A stretch of 64,000 nt of DNA from an uncultured Gemmatimonadales bacterium (GCA_963816355.1 CAWFKH010000003.1:672001-736000); one strand, 5' to 3'. Positions 53,377 to 63,338 are shown, numbered from the stretch's first letter. Numbers and translations are program-made. The notes: generated by a model from the letters alone, not told the origin.

Positions 53377-55581
53377 ATGCCGGAAGAAAAGCGGCGCTAC
53401 GGCCTGTCGTTGGGCCTCATCATCCTGGCCGTAGCCGCGGCCGCGATCGCGGCGCTCTACTACCTGTACGGGCGGCCGGAGGTCGTCTCGCTCGAGCAGG
53501 TCTTCGGCGAGCCGACCCGCGCGCCCATGGTCGAGGCCGCGCACCTGCCCATCCGCCCGACCGACATCGCCCGCGTCCGCGAAGGCGACATCCACATCGC
53601 CGACGAGCCGCGCGTGCAGGCGCCCGCCGCGCCGGAACCGACGCCGCCTCCGCCGCCCACGCCGCTCGAGATCGCCCGTGCGCACGCGGCGCGTAAGGAA
53701 TGGGACCGCGCGCTGCACGGCTACGACGCCCTGCTTCGTGCGCACCCGGACGACGACGCCCTCGCGATCGAGCGCGCGCGCGTGCTCGCCTGGTCCGGCC
53801 ATCCGGACCTCGCCGCCGATGCCCTCGTCCCGGTGCTCGAAGGCCGGCCCCGCGACGCCGCGCTCCAGTTCGAGCGCGGTCAGTTCCTGTGGTGGTCGGG
53901 CGCCACCTGGGCGGCCGACTCCGCGCTGAGCCGCGCGCTCGCCCTGAATCCGTCGCTGGAGACCGCGCGCGCGCTCCGCCGCGACGTGCGGCGCAGCGTC
54001 GCGCCTTCGGTCGCCGTGGCGCGCGGCTGGCTCGAGGACGACCCCACGCCGAGTGCCGAGCTGACGCTCGCCCGCGCCCTCGCCCGCGAGGAGCGCTACG
54101 CCGAGGCGCTGCCCGTCTACCGCGCGGCGATGACCGCGGCCGCCGCCCGCGCCGCGCCGGCCGATTCGGTCCGCCTCGAGGCGGTGGACGTCGCGATCGC
54201 TGCGGATTCGCTCGACCTGGCGGCGCGCGTGCTGGTGGCGTACCTGCGCACGCATCCGGACGACGCCGGCGCGCGCCTGCGTCTCGCCCGCGTCTACACC
54301 TGGGCGGAGCGCCCGGACAGCGCGGTGGCGGAGTACACGCGGCTGCTGCGGCGCTCCGACGACCCGCAGCTCCGGCTCGAGCGCGCGACCGTCCTGACGA
54401 CGACGTCGGAGTGGCCGCGCGCGCGGCCGGACCTGCTCGCGGTCGTCGCGGCGCGGCCGCGGGATGCGAAGGCGTTGAAGCTGCTGGGCGACGTCGCGCG
54501 CTGGGACGGCGCGTGGCAGGAAGCGCTCGACCTCTACCGCCGCGCGCAGGCGGTGGAGCCGGACCTCGCGGGCGTGGCCGTCGGCATCTCGGACGCGGAG
54601 CACATGCTCGCGGTGGTGGCGGAGTCGCGCGACACGGTGGCGGTGCGGCCGCGCGTCGCGTGGTCGGTGAACGGCGAGGCGTTCGGCGACAGCGAGGAGT
54701 TCCGCTGGTACGAGACGACGGCGCGCTGGGGCAGGATTCTCGGCGCGGGGCCGGGCAGCGGCGTCGTCGGCCTGAGCGCGGCGCAGGGCTTCAGCCAGGG
54801 CGCCCGCCTGGGCGCCGGTTCGCCGGAGGTGACCGGCTGGGGGCTCGGCGCGTGGGGGCGCATCGCCGCGGGCCGCGACGTCGTCCTGTCCGGTGAGGCG
54901 GGGCTGCGCGCCTTCAGCGGCGTGGGCGCCGTGCCGTCGCTGGCGGCGTCGATCGCGCTCGCGCACAGCTATCCGACGCGCCTCGAGCTGAACGCGGCCT
55001 ACGGCCCGGCGGTGCGGCGCGTCGCGACCGCGGCCGCGCTGGAAGCGGACGTGCGCTCGGCGCGGCTGCAGGCGGTGGCCGAGCACTACGGTGCGGCGTG
55101 GGGCGTCGCGAGCGACGTCGAATACGAGCACCTCTCCTCCTACCTGGGCGGGACGAACCGGGTGGCGGGAAGCGTGACGGTGCAGCGTCTGCTCGCGCGG
55201 GGCTTCTACGGCGTGGCGGGGCTCGGATTCGTGAGCGCGGACGTGGCCAGTCCGCTGCTTCCCGGCTGGGGCTCGCTGTACTGGACGCCCGAATACTACG
55301 TGGCCCCGCAGGTCGGCATCCGTCTCGAGCGGCCGCTGAACGAGGCGGTGCACGCGACGCTGCGCGTCAACCCCGGCTACGCCTTCGTACGCGAGCGGCC
55401 GGGCAGCGAGATCCGCTTCGATCGGGAGCGGGTACCGTTCCTGGGCGCGGGTCTCGACGTGATCTACTCGCCCGCGAGCTATGACTTCGGCGTGAGTGCC
55501 GACTGGAGCGGCGCGCTGGACGCCGGCTACCGTGCCGCGGCGCTGCGGGCCTGGCTCTCGCCGCATGTGAGGTGGCCGTGA
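53377..55581 (+). CDS. TPR protein with probable C-terminal beta-barrel (PgaA/BcsC-like polysaccharide exporter)
   Basis: N-terminal hydrophobic segment; TPR units ARVLAWSG and LARVYTWA; amphipathic aromatic strands including YWTPEYY. Confidence 0.65.
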   Translation: MPEEKRRYGLSLGLIILAVAAAAIAALYYLYGRPEVVSLEQVFGEPTRAPMVEAAHLPIRPTDIARVREGDIHIADEPRVQAPAAPEPTPPPPPTPLEIARAHAARKEWDRALHGYDALLRAHPDDDALAIERARVLAWSGHPDLAADALVPVLEGRPRDAALQFERGQFLWWSGATWAADSALSRALALNPSLETARALRRDVRRSVAPSVAVARGWLEDDPTPSAELTLARALAREERYAEALPVYRAAMTAAAARAAPADSVRLEAVDVAIAADSLDLAARVLVAYLRTHPDDAGARLRLARVYTWAERPDSAVAEYTRLLRRSDDPQLRLERATVLTTTSEWPRARPDLLAVVAARPRDAKALKLLGDVARWDGAWQEALDLYRRAQAVEPDLAGVAVGISDAEHMLAVVAESRDTVAVRPRVAWSVNGEAFGDSEEFRWYETTARWGRILGAGPGSGVVGLSAAQGFSQGARLGAGSPEVTGWGLGAWGRIAAGRDVVLSGEAGLRAFSGVGAVPSLAASIALAHSYPTRLELNAAYGPAVRRVATAAALEADVRSARLQAVAEHYGAAWGVASDVEYEHLSSYLGGTNRVAGSVTVQRLLARGFYGVAGLGFVSADVASPLLPGWGSLYWTPEYYVAPQVGIRLERPLNEAVHATLRVNPGYAFVRERPGSEIRFDRERVPFLGAGLDVIYSPASYDFGVSADWSGALDAGYRAAALRAWLSPHVRWP

Positions 55582-56909
55582 TCAGGAGACCGCGCTACGT
55601 CCTGCTCTTCGCATCCGGCGTCATCGCGATCGTCGGGATCGCGGGGCTGATCGTCAGCATCATCTGGTCGCTCGAGGCGCCGCCGGAGATCCAGAACGCG
55701 ATCATCCGGGCCACGGTCGTGCTGCTCATGGCGTTCCTGGGCGTGCTCGTCTTCCGCTACGTCGTGCTGCTCTGGCTCGGCTACCTGCAGCACGCCGAGG
55801 AGGTGGCCGAGCCGGATCGCGCCGAGATGCGGATCCTGCCGCCGGTCAGCGTCATCGTCCCCGCCTACAACGAGGGCGCCGTCGTGCAGGACGCCGTACG
55901 CTCGATCCTGCGCATGGACTACCCCCGCATCGAGGTGCTCGTCATCGACGACGGCAGCACCGACGACACGTTCGAGAAGGCGGCGGCGCTCGAGGGGCGG
56001 CACGGCAACGCCGTCGTACGCGTCATCAGCAAGTCGAACGCGGGCAAGGCCGCGGCGCTGAACACCGGCATCGCGCTCGCGCGCTACCCCTTCGTCATGT
56101 GCGTCGATGGCGACTCGACGCTCAGCCGCAACGCGCTCCGCACCGCGATGCGCCACTTCCGCGATCCGCGCGTCGCCGCCGTCGCCGGCAACGTCAAGGT
56201 GGAGAACCGGACGAACCTGTGGACGCGGCTGCAGGCGCTCGAGTACATCGAGGGCCTCAACATGCCGCGGCGCGCCCAGGGCCTCATGCGCGCCGTCAAC
56301 ATCATCCCGGGCCCGATCGGCGTCTTCCGCCGCGACGTGCTGCAGAAGCTGGGCGGCTACGACACCGACACGTTCGCCGAGGACGCGGACCTGACGCTGA
56401 AGATCCTCACGGCGGGCTATCGCATCGAGTACGCCCCGGAGGCGGTCGCCTACACCGAGGTGCCGGTCGACCTGCCGGCGCTCATCAAGCAGCGCTATCG
56501 GTGGACGCGCGGCATCCTGCAGGCGATCGGCAAGCGCAAGTGGGTGCTGCTGCGGCCCACCACGGACGCGACCGTCTGGCTCTCCATCGCGATGATGCTC
56601 TTCGAGGCGGTCATCTGGCCGTTCATGAACGTGGTCGGCCACCTGTTCTTCGTCCTGATCGCCCTCGCCTACGGCGCCGGCGTCTATCTGATCAGCTGGT
56701 GGCTGCTGCTCACGCTGCTCGACGTCGCCGCCGCGCTCCACACCGTGGCCATCGAGGAGGAGGACCTCAGCCTCGTTCCGCTGGCGGTGATCTACCGCTT
56801 CTTCTTCATCCTCTTCATCGACGTGACCAAGCTCTTCGCGACGGTCGAGGAGGCGTTCAAGTTCGAAATGAGCTGGGGCAAGCTGGAAAGGGTGGGACGG
56901 ACGACATGA
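55572..56909 (+). CDS. Processive GT2 polysaccharide synthase, PgaC/IcaA-like
   Basis: PAYNE, DDGSTD, NAGKAAALN, VDGDS, AEDAD and QRYRW, flanked by TM helices. Confidence 0.88.
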   Translation: MAVIRRPRYVLLFASGVIAIVGIAGLIVSIIWSLEAPPEIQNAIIRATVVLLMAFLGVLVFRYVVLLWLGYLQHAEEVAEPDRAEMRILPPVSVIVPAYNEGAVVQDAVRSILRMDYPRIEVLVIDDGSTDDTFEKAAALEGRHGNAVVRVISKSNAGKAAALNTGIALARYPFVMCVDGDSTLSRNALRTAMRHFRDPRVAAVAGNVKVENRTNLWTRLQALEYIEGLNMPRRAQGLMRAVNIIPGPIGVFRRDVLQKLGGYDTDTFAEDADLTLKILTAGYRIEYAPEAVAYTEVPVDLPALIKQRYRWTRGILQAIGKRKWVLLRPTTDATVWLSIAMMLFEAVIWPFMNVVGHLFFVLIALAYGAGVYLISWWLLLTLLDVAAALHTVAIEEEDLSLVPLAVIYRFFFILFIDVTKLFATVEEAFKFEMSWGKLERVGRTT

Positions 56910-57097
56910 GCGTACTCGATGTGCTGGTCCTCGTCATCATCGTGACCATCGTCGTCACGATGACCCTCGCCGTCGTCAGCTACGGCGCCTTCAAGATCCG
57001 CGAACGGCGGCGACCCGCGCCGGAGCCGACCGAGCGGGAGGGACCGCTCTTCTTCGAGCGGGTCCGCGTCACGCCGCGCGCTTCCGCCGAGGCCTGA
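56906..57097 (+). CDS. Small single-TM protein (63 aa), candidate synthase partner
   Basis: ATGA-coupled to the GT2; MSVLDVLVLVIIVTIVVTMTLAVVSYGAFKIRERRR. Confidence 0.7.
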   Translation: MSVLDVLVLVIIVTIVVTMTLAVVSYGAFKIRERRRPAPEPTEREGPLFFERVRVTPRASAEA

Positions 57098-57151
57098 TTG
57101 GACGGCTCCCGCAGACGCCGCGTCACGCCACGCGCCAGCGCGGAGGCCTGA

Positions 57152-59041
57152 TTGGGCGGTCGCCGTGCACGCTTCCTCGCGCTGGCGATCAGCGTTGGGG
57201 CCGCTGCGATCTTCTTCGCCTCGGCCGGTTTCTTCTGGACCTCGCTGCCACCCACCGCCGGCCTGCTCGGAAACACGCCGTCGTGGTACGCCGATCGCGG
57301 CGCGGGACCGCCGCAGCTTCCCACTGCGACGTGGCCCGGCTCGCTCGCCGGCGTGCGGGTCGCCGTGCTCGAGGACCCGGAGAACCAGCGCGTCACGCCG
57401 CCCGGCTTCTATTCCGCCGAGGTGGCCGCGTGGAAGCGGCTGCTCGAAGATCGCGGCGCCCGCTACGCGCCGGTCTCCACCGCCGACGTCCTCGTGCTGC
57501 CCTACGCGCTCTGCATGAGCTGGCCGCTGCGGCTCCTCGTCGCCCGCCACCTGAATGCGGGGAAGGGCGTCGTCACGGCCGGCCCGATCGGCAGCTACGG
57601 CGCGCACTGCGACCCGACCCCCGATACGTTCATCTCCCAGCTCCTCGGCGGTCCGGGCTCGATGCGCCTCCTCACCCAGCCGGATTCCGGCTCCGACTAC
57701 GCCGTCGTCCTCGGCGAGAGCGCGCTCGGCGCCGGCGTCCCGCCCGGCGCCCGCATGGAGATCCGGCCCGCCCGTCAGATCGTCTTCCGCGGCGCCGAGC
57801 GCGGCATCTACTACGCCGACTACATGCGCGCCCCGGTCGCATCCGCCGCCGGTGTCGGCGCTGCACCCGCCGCGCCCGCCGCCGGCTCGACGTCCGCAGC
57901 GCCCGCCGCGGGCTCGACATCCGCCGCGGCGTCTCCCGAGCCCTACGACGGCGCCGTGGTCCGCATCCGCGTGGGCGACGGCCGCGCAGCCGCCTTCGGC
58001 TTCGCGCTCACGCACCTGGTCGAGGGGTTCAGCGCGGAGGTGGGCCGCACCGTCGCGACGAACGCGATCCGCTGGGCGGCGGGGCAGCCGGTGCTGCAGA
58101 TCGCGCCGTGGCCGAGCGGTCACAGCCTCGCGGTGGTTCTGGCGCAGGACGTCGAGATGGGCTTCGAGAACGCGCAGCCGGTGGGACAGTTGGTGCACGC
58201 GCGCCACGCCCCCGCCACCTTCTTTCTGCTCGGCACCGACGCCGAGGCGCACGAGAAGCTGACGAAGTCGCTGGACGGACGCGTGGAGCTCGGCACGCAC
58301 ACGGTCGACCACCGCGCGCTGGGAGGCCTGCCGCTCGACCGGCAGGTGCGCCAGCTCGAGTGGGCCCAGCGCCAGATGACCGCCCTCATCGGCCACCCGG
58401 TCGCCGGGCTGCGGCCGCCCGAGGAACGCTTCGACCTCGCCACACTGCGCGCGTGGCGCGCCGCCGGCGGCGCCTACGTCTTCGCATCGAACAACATGCG
58501 GGCCGCCGCACCCGAGATCATACCGCTCGGCGACGACTCGATCATCCTCCTCGCGCGCGACGACCACGACGACTACCACCTACTGGCCCAGGAAGGGATC
58601 CGCGACCGCGAGAAGCTGCTCGCGCGCTTTCTCGACGGCGTTCGCGAGACCGCCGATTACCGCGGCCTCGACATGATCAGCTTCCACTCCCATCTGCTCG
58701 GCAGCCCCGAGCTGCGGGGCGTGCTCGCGTCGCTCGTCGACGGCCTGCGGCACGACCCCGGCGTCTGGCTGGCCGACGCCGCCGACGTCGCTACGTGGTG
58801 GAAGGCGCGCGCGCACGTCCGCGTCACGTCCGGGGCGGACGCCGGCACCGCCGTCGTCGTCAACGACGGCTCCGCTCGCGTCGAAGGCCTCGTGCTTCTC
58901 GCCGACCTGGCCGACGGTACGCGCCGCCGCATCGATCTGCCGGCCCTCGACGCCGGCGCACAAACGGTCGTGGTGATCCAAGCGCCCGCGGCCGCGACCG
59001 GCGCCTCCGCGGCGACGGATGTCGCCGCCGGGACACGCTGA
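57152..59041 (+). CDS. Polysaccharide deacetylase (CE4/NodB-like) with an extra N-terminal domain and membrane anchor or signal
   Basis: LAQDVE, ATFF, HTVDH, LRPPEE and SFHSH; GGAGG ribosome-binding site before TTG. Confidence 0.78.
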   Translation: MGGRRARFLALAISVGAAAIFFASAGFFWTSLPPTAGLLGNTPSWYADRGAGPPQLPTATWPGSLAGVRVAVLEDPENQRVTPPGFYSAEVAAWKRLLEDRGARYAPVSTADVLVLPYALCMSWPLRLLVARHLNAGKGVVTAGPIGSYGAHCDPTPDTFISQLLGGPGSMRLLTQPDSGSDYAVVLGESALGAGVPPGARMEIRPARQIVFRGAERGIYYADYMRAPVASAAGVGAAPAAPAAGSTSAAPAAGSTSAAASPEPYDGAVVRIRVGDGRAAAFGFALTHLVEGFSAEVGRTVATNAIRWAAGQPVLQIAPWPSGHSLAVVLAQDVEMGFENAQPVGQLVHARHAPATFFLLGTDAEAHEKLTKSLDGRVELGTHTVDHRALGGLPLDRQVRQLEWAQRQMTALIGHPVAGLRPPEERFDLATLRAWRAAGGAYVFASNNMRAAAPEIIPLGDDSIILLARDDHDDYHLLAQEGIRDREKLLARFLDGVRETADYRGLDMISFHSHLLGSPELRGVLASLVDGLRHDPGVWLADAADVATWWKARAHVRVTSGADAGTAVVVNDGSARVEGLVLLADLADGTRRRIDLPALDAGAQTVVVIQAPAAATGASAATDVAAGTR

Positions 59042-59070
59042 CCGGGCCGGCCAACCCAGGAGATCGGACC

Positions 59071-59250
59071 ATGCCGCAATTCGTGATCAACCTCGCCAAG
59101 ATGATCGTCAACGCGTTCACCGCGCTCGGTCACTTACTCGGCAAGTTCTTCTACAGCCTCGGCCACGACTGGAACCTGGCGTGGGTGCCCGTGATCGTCG
59201 TGCTCGCGCTCGGTTTCGCCATCTGGGCTCTGGCGCTGCGGAAGGACTGA
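59071..59250 (+). CDS. Small membrane protein (59 aa)
   Basis: AGGAG upstream; host-like codon usage; hydrophobic C-terminal helix. Confidence 0.6.
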   Translation: MPQFVINLAKMIVNAFTALGHLLGKFFYSLGHDWNLAWVPVIVVLALGFAIWALALRKD

Positions 59251-59315
59251 GACGCACCGCGCCGACGCCACCGCGCCGGCGTACCTGCCGCGCGCCCCCG
59301 CAAGGGATGGGAAAG

Positions 59316-59398
59316 CGGAGGGGGTGGGATTCGAACCCACGGACCTTGCGGTCGCCCGATTTCAAGTCGGGTGCGTTCAACCACTCCGCCACCCCTCC
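59316..59398 (-). tRNA. tRNA-Ser(TGA), CCA not encoded
   Basis: GGAGGGG acceptor stem, CCCGA-CTTGAAA-TCGGG anticodon arm, long variable arm and GGTTCGAATCC T-arm. Confidence 0.95.
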
Positions 59399-59414
59399 AA
59401 CCCGCCAAGATAGC

Positions 59415-59782
59415 CCCCTCGCGCGCCAGCGCGAGCCTCCCTCGCCGCCAGGCGAGCCTCCCCGCGGCGCAGCCGCGGCCCCTCGCGCGCCAGCGCGAGC
59501 TTCCCTCGCCGCAGGCGAGCCCCCCCGCGGCGCAGCCGCGGCCCCTCGCGCGCCAGCCGCGAGCTTCCCTCGCCGCCAGGCGAGCTTCCCCGCGGCGCAG
59601 CCGCGGCCCCCTCGCGCGCCAGCGCGAGCTTCCCTCGCCGCCAGGCGAGCTTCCCCGCGGCGCAGCCGCGGCCCCCTCGCGCGCCAGCGTGAGCTTCCCT
59701 CGCCGCTAGGCGAGCTTCCCTCGCGCCTCAGCGCGAGCTTCCCTCGCCGCCAGGCGAGCTTCCCTCGCGCCTCAGCGCGAGC
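59415..59782. repeat. Array of about 21-nt palindromic units organised in about 64-bp higher-order repeats
   Basis: CTCGCGC-gcca-GCGCGAG, CTCGCC-gcca-GGCGAG and CCGCGGC-gca-GCCGCGG are repeated. Confidence 0.88.
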
Positions 59783-61182
59783 GCCCCCCGCGTTGCGTTC
59801 CACCCGCACATCCCATGCACCCCGCCGCCCGGCGGCGTCGACGCCGAGCAGAGATACAGCCCCGGCACGGGCGTGCGGTAGGGTCGGGCGCGGATCGTGG
59901 GGCGGAAGAGGAGCTGCCGCGGCGTCGCCACGCCGCCGTTGATGTCGCCGCCGACGAGGTTCGCGTTGTAGCGTTCGAGGTCGCACGGGTTGCGGGTGGC
60001 GCGCGCGAGCACGACGTCGCGAAATCCGGGCGCGAAGCGCTCGACCTGGTCCTCGATCGCCTGCGTCATGTCGACCGTCGAGCCGTGCGGCACGTGACAG
60101 TACGCCCATGCCGTGTGGCGGCCGGGCGGCGCGCGCGTGGCGTCGAAGAGGCTCGGCTGCGTGAGGAGCACGAACGGGCGGTCGGGGACGCGGCCTTCCC
60201 ACGCCTGGCGGTTCGCTCTCGCGATCGCCTCGGCGGTGCCGCCGAGGTGGACGGTGCCGGCGCGGCGGCACGCCTCGGCGGACCACGGGATCGGCTCGGC
60301 GAGCGCCCAGTCGATCTTGAAGACGCCGGGTCCGTAGCGCCAGCGGCGGAGCTGCCGGCGATAGCGCGCGGGCAGGCGCTCGCCGGCGACCTCCAGTACC
60401 TGCCGCGGCGTCAGGTCGAGCATCGTGGTCGCGGCGCGCGGCAGCGGATCGAGGGAGCGCACGGGGGAGCCCGTGACGATGGTGCCGCCGTGCTCGCGGA
60501 GCAGGGAAGCGAGCGCGTCGGCGATGGAACGGGAACCGCCGCGCGCGATGGGCCAGCCGGCGCCGTGGCCGGCGATCGCGAGCATCAGGGCGAAGGCGGC
60601 GGTCGGCGGCCGCTCGAGGGGCTCGAAGGCGTGGCCCGCGAGGCCGGCGAGGAGCGCGCGGCCGCGGGGTCCGTCGAAGCGGTCGCGGCCGAGTCCGATC
60701 GCGGAGCGCAGCGCCAGCAGGCCGAAGCGCGCGAGCAGCAGCGGGTGCGACGGCACGTGCAGCGGCGGACGCAGTGCGTCGTCGAAGAGGTCGCGCCAGC
60801 GCTCGACGAACGGGTCCATGAGCGCGCGGTACGACGCGCGGTCCGGGGCATCGAGGCTGGCGGCGGTGTCCGCGGTGGCGCGCTCGAGGGTCGCCGCGCC
60901 GCCGTCGCCGAAAGGGTGCGCGAGGAGCGTCGTCGGATGCACCCATTCGAGGCCGTGCTCCGCCAGCGGCAGCGTGCGGAAGAAGGGCGACGCCGCGCCC
61001 ATCGGGTGTACGGCGGAGCAGATGTCGTGCTGGAAGCCGGGCAGCGTGAGCTCCGCGGTGCGAGCGCCGCCGCCGATCGTGTCGGCCGCCTCGTAGACGA
61101 TCACCTCTTCGCCGGCGCGCGCGAGCGCCACGGCCGCGGCGAGGCCGTTGGGGCCGGCGCCGACGACTACGGCTCGCGCCAC
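59728..61182 (-). CDS. Phytoene-dehydrogenase-like FAD oxidoreductase (COG1233)
   Basis: GAGPNGL, GGGART, HDICSAVHP, GGDINGG and TPPGGGVHGMCG. Confidence 0.88.
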   Translation of the reverse strand: MARAVVVGAGPNGLAAAVALARAGEEVIVYEAADTIGGGARTAELTLPGFQHDICSAVHPMGAASPFFRTLPLAEHGLEWVHPTTLLAHPFGDGGAATLERATADTAASLDAPDRASYRALMDPFVERWRDLFDDALRPPLHVPSHPLLLARFGLLALRSAIGLGRDRFDGPRGRALLAGLAGHAFEPLERPPTAAFALMLAIAGHGAGWPIARGGSRSIADALASLLREHGGTIVTGSPVRSLDPLPRAATTMLDLTPRQVLEVAGERLPARYRRQLRRWRYGPGVFKIDWALAEPIPWSAEACRRAGTVHLGGTAEAIARANRQAWEGRVPDRPFVLLTQPSLFDATRAPPGRHTAWAYCHVPHGSTVDMTQAIEDQVERFAPGFRDVVLARATRNPCDLERYNANLVGGDINGGVATPRQLLFRPTIRARPYRTPVPGLYLCSASTPPGGGVHGMCGWNATRGALALRREGSSPGGEGSSR

Positions 61183-61448
61183 AGCCGCCGCGCGCCGCGC
61201 GTACGAGGACGCGGCGGTCGTTCGGCCTGCGTGGGCGCCGCGACTCCCCGGTGCTTCACCGGCCGCGGTCCGGTGTCCGCGTTCTCACATCGCTTCCTCC
61301 GCACGGAGTTCTGCCGGTTCCGCGTGCACGTAGCGCGCCAGCTCGGGCGCTCGAGACGACGGCGCCGCCCGCGCTCGCTCGCTCCGCAGCCACCCGTTCG
61401 CGACGCTCGCAGTGGCGTGATTTCGCTTCGCAGCGCACATTTGCGCGC

Positions 61449-63338
61449 ATGCGACTCCTGCGCATCGGCATCGGAAGCACGAACCCGACGGTGGGCGCCG
61501 TCCGCTCGAACGTGGACGGCCTGCTGCGACAGGCGCGCGCCATGGCGGAGGCGGGCGTGGCGCTGGCGTGCTTCCCGGAGCAGGCGGTCGGCGGCTATCC
61601 GGCGGAGGACCTCGTGCAGTGGCGGGCCTACGTCGCCGCGCAGCGCCGGGCGCTCGAGCGCTTCGCCGCCGCCACGTCCGACCTGGCGGCCGCTTTCGTG
61701 CTCGGCGTGACGGCGGATGTCGAAGGCGACCTCTTCAACTGCGCGGCGGTGGTCCAGGGCGGCCGCATCCTGGGTCTGGTGCCGAAGGAGAAGCTTCCGA
61801 GCTACAATGTCTTCTACGAGGCGCGCACGCTGTCGCGCGGCTCCGCGGGCCTCTCGCTCGCCTCGGCGGGCGTCGCACTCGGCGACCTGCTCTTCGAGTT
61901 TCCCTTCGGCGTCCTCGCCGTCGAGGTGTGCGAGGACGCATGGTCGCCGGACGGGCCGATGCGCCGGCGCTGCTATTCCGGCGCGGAGATCGTCGTCAAC
62001 GTCTCCGCGTCGCCGTTTCGTGTCGGCGTCGTCGGCACGCGCCGCGAGATGCTCGCCACCCGCTCCGCCGACAACCAGGCGGCCCTCGTCTACGTCAACC
62101 GCGTGGGCGGGCAGGACGGGCTCGTCTTCGACGGCGGCGGCTACGTCTTCCAGAACGGACGGCTGCTGCACGAAGGCGAGCGCTTCCGCGAAGGATGGTC
62201 GAGCGTCGTCGTCGACCTCGGCCGCACGCACCGCCTGCGCGTCGAGAACACGACGTGGCGCGCAGACCGCGAGGCGTTCCACGAGCGCGCCGCCGCCGTC
62301 GCCCGCGTGCGGGCCGCGCCGGGTGCCGCCGAGCCGCCCGCTCCGGACGCCTACCCCGCTCCCGCCGGCGATTCCTTCTTCCTTCCGCCCGCGAGCGAGC
62401 GGGCCGCGCCGCGCGAGCGCGTGCTGGACGATCTGCTCGCCGCGCTCACGCTCGGCGTGCGGGACTACTACGCGAAGACCGGCGCCTTCCGTCGCATCGG
62501 TGTGGCCGTGTCCGGCGGCCGCGACTCGATGCTGACGCTGCTCGTCGGCTGGCGCGTCGCGCGTGCGCTGGGGGAGGGCGGCGAGGCGCCGCCGCTGCAG
62601 GCGTTCTACATGCCGAGCCGCCATTCCGCCGCGGCGACGCGGGAGGCGGCGCGCACGCTGTGCGCGGAGCTGGACGTGCCGCTCGTCGAGATCGCCATCG
62701 ACGAGGCGTACGACGGCGAGGTCGAGGCGGCCGCGACGATGCTCGGCGGCGCGGCGGAGGTCGACGAGCTGACGCGGCAGAACGTGCAGGCGCGCATCCG
62801 CGCGGCGCGCATGTGGAACTGGTCCAACAGCTCCGGCGCCCTCTTCCTGCAGACCGGCGACATGAGCGAGAAGGCGGTCGGTTACACCACCGTGGGCGGC
62901 GACCTCGAGGGCGGCCTGTCGGTGATCGCCAACGTGCCGAAGACGGTCGTCGTCGCGCTGCTCGAGCGGCTGCACGCGCTGCACGGCTTCCGCGGCATCG
63001 AGCTGTGCCTCGCGACGGCGCCCGGCCCGGAGTTGGCCGACGATCAGGAAGCGGAGGCGGAGCTGATGGCGTTCCCCGTCCTCGACGCGTGCCTCCACCT
63101 GTACGCGGGCGAGAAGCTGACGCCGTCCGAGGTCGCCTTCGCGCTCCGCGCCATCTTCCCCGAGCGCGACGCCGGCGCTCTGCGCGAGGACGCCGACCGC
63201 TTCGCCCGCCTCTTCAACCGCTCCATCTACAAGTGGGTGCAGGCGCCGCTCGCGCTGCACGTCGGCTCGCTCGACCTCGACCGCGAACGCGCGCTGCAGC
63301 TGCCGGTCGTCTCGTCCGCCGAGTGGATGCAGGAGTGA
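61449..63338 (+). CDS. nadE: Glutamine-dependent NAD+ synthetase
   Basis: Nitrilase-type triad (FPE, PKEKLP, VCEDAW) plus SGGRDS and QNVQARIR. Confidence 0.92.
   Translation: MRLLRIGIGSTNPTVGAVRSNVDGLLRQARAMAEAGVALACFPEQAVGGYPAEDLVQWRAYVAAQRRALERFAAATSDLAAAFVLGVTADVEGDLFNCAAVVQGGRILGLVPKEKLPSYNVFYEARTLSRGSAGLSLASAGVALGDLLFEFPFGVLAVEVCEDAWSPDGPMRRRCYSGAEIVVNVSASPFRVGVVGTRREMLATRSADNQAALVYVNRVGGQDGLVFDGGGYVFQNGRLLHEGERFREGWSSVVVDLGRTHRLRVENTTWRADREAFHERAAAVARVRAAPGAAEPPAPDAYPAPAGDSFFLPPASERAAPRERVLDDLLAALTLGVRDYYAKTGAFRRIGVAVSGGRDSMLTLLVGWRVARALGEGGEAPPLQAFYMPSRHSAAATREAARTLCAELDVPLVEIAIDEAYDGEVEAAATMLGGAAEVDELTRQNVQARIRAARMWNWSNSSGALFLQTGDMSEKAVGYTTVGGDLEGGLSVIANVPKTVVVALLERLHALHGFRGIELCLATAPGPELADDQEAEAELMAFPVLDACLHLYAGEKLTPSEVAFALRAIFPERDAGALREDADRFARLFNRSIYKWVQAPLALHVGSLDLDRERALQLPVVSSAEWMQE

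Noticed and set aside
59415..59782. CRISPR array
   Set aside because: There are no unique spacers, the intervening units are themselves repeated, and no cas genes are present.
59728..61182. Carotenoid biosynthesis gene crtI
   Set aside because: It is a generic COG1233 flavoprotein with no crt neighbours.
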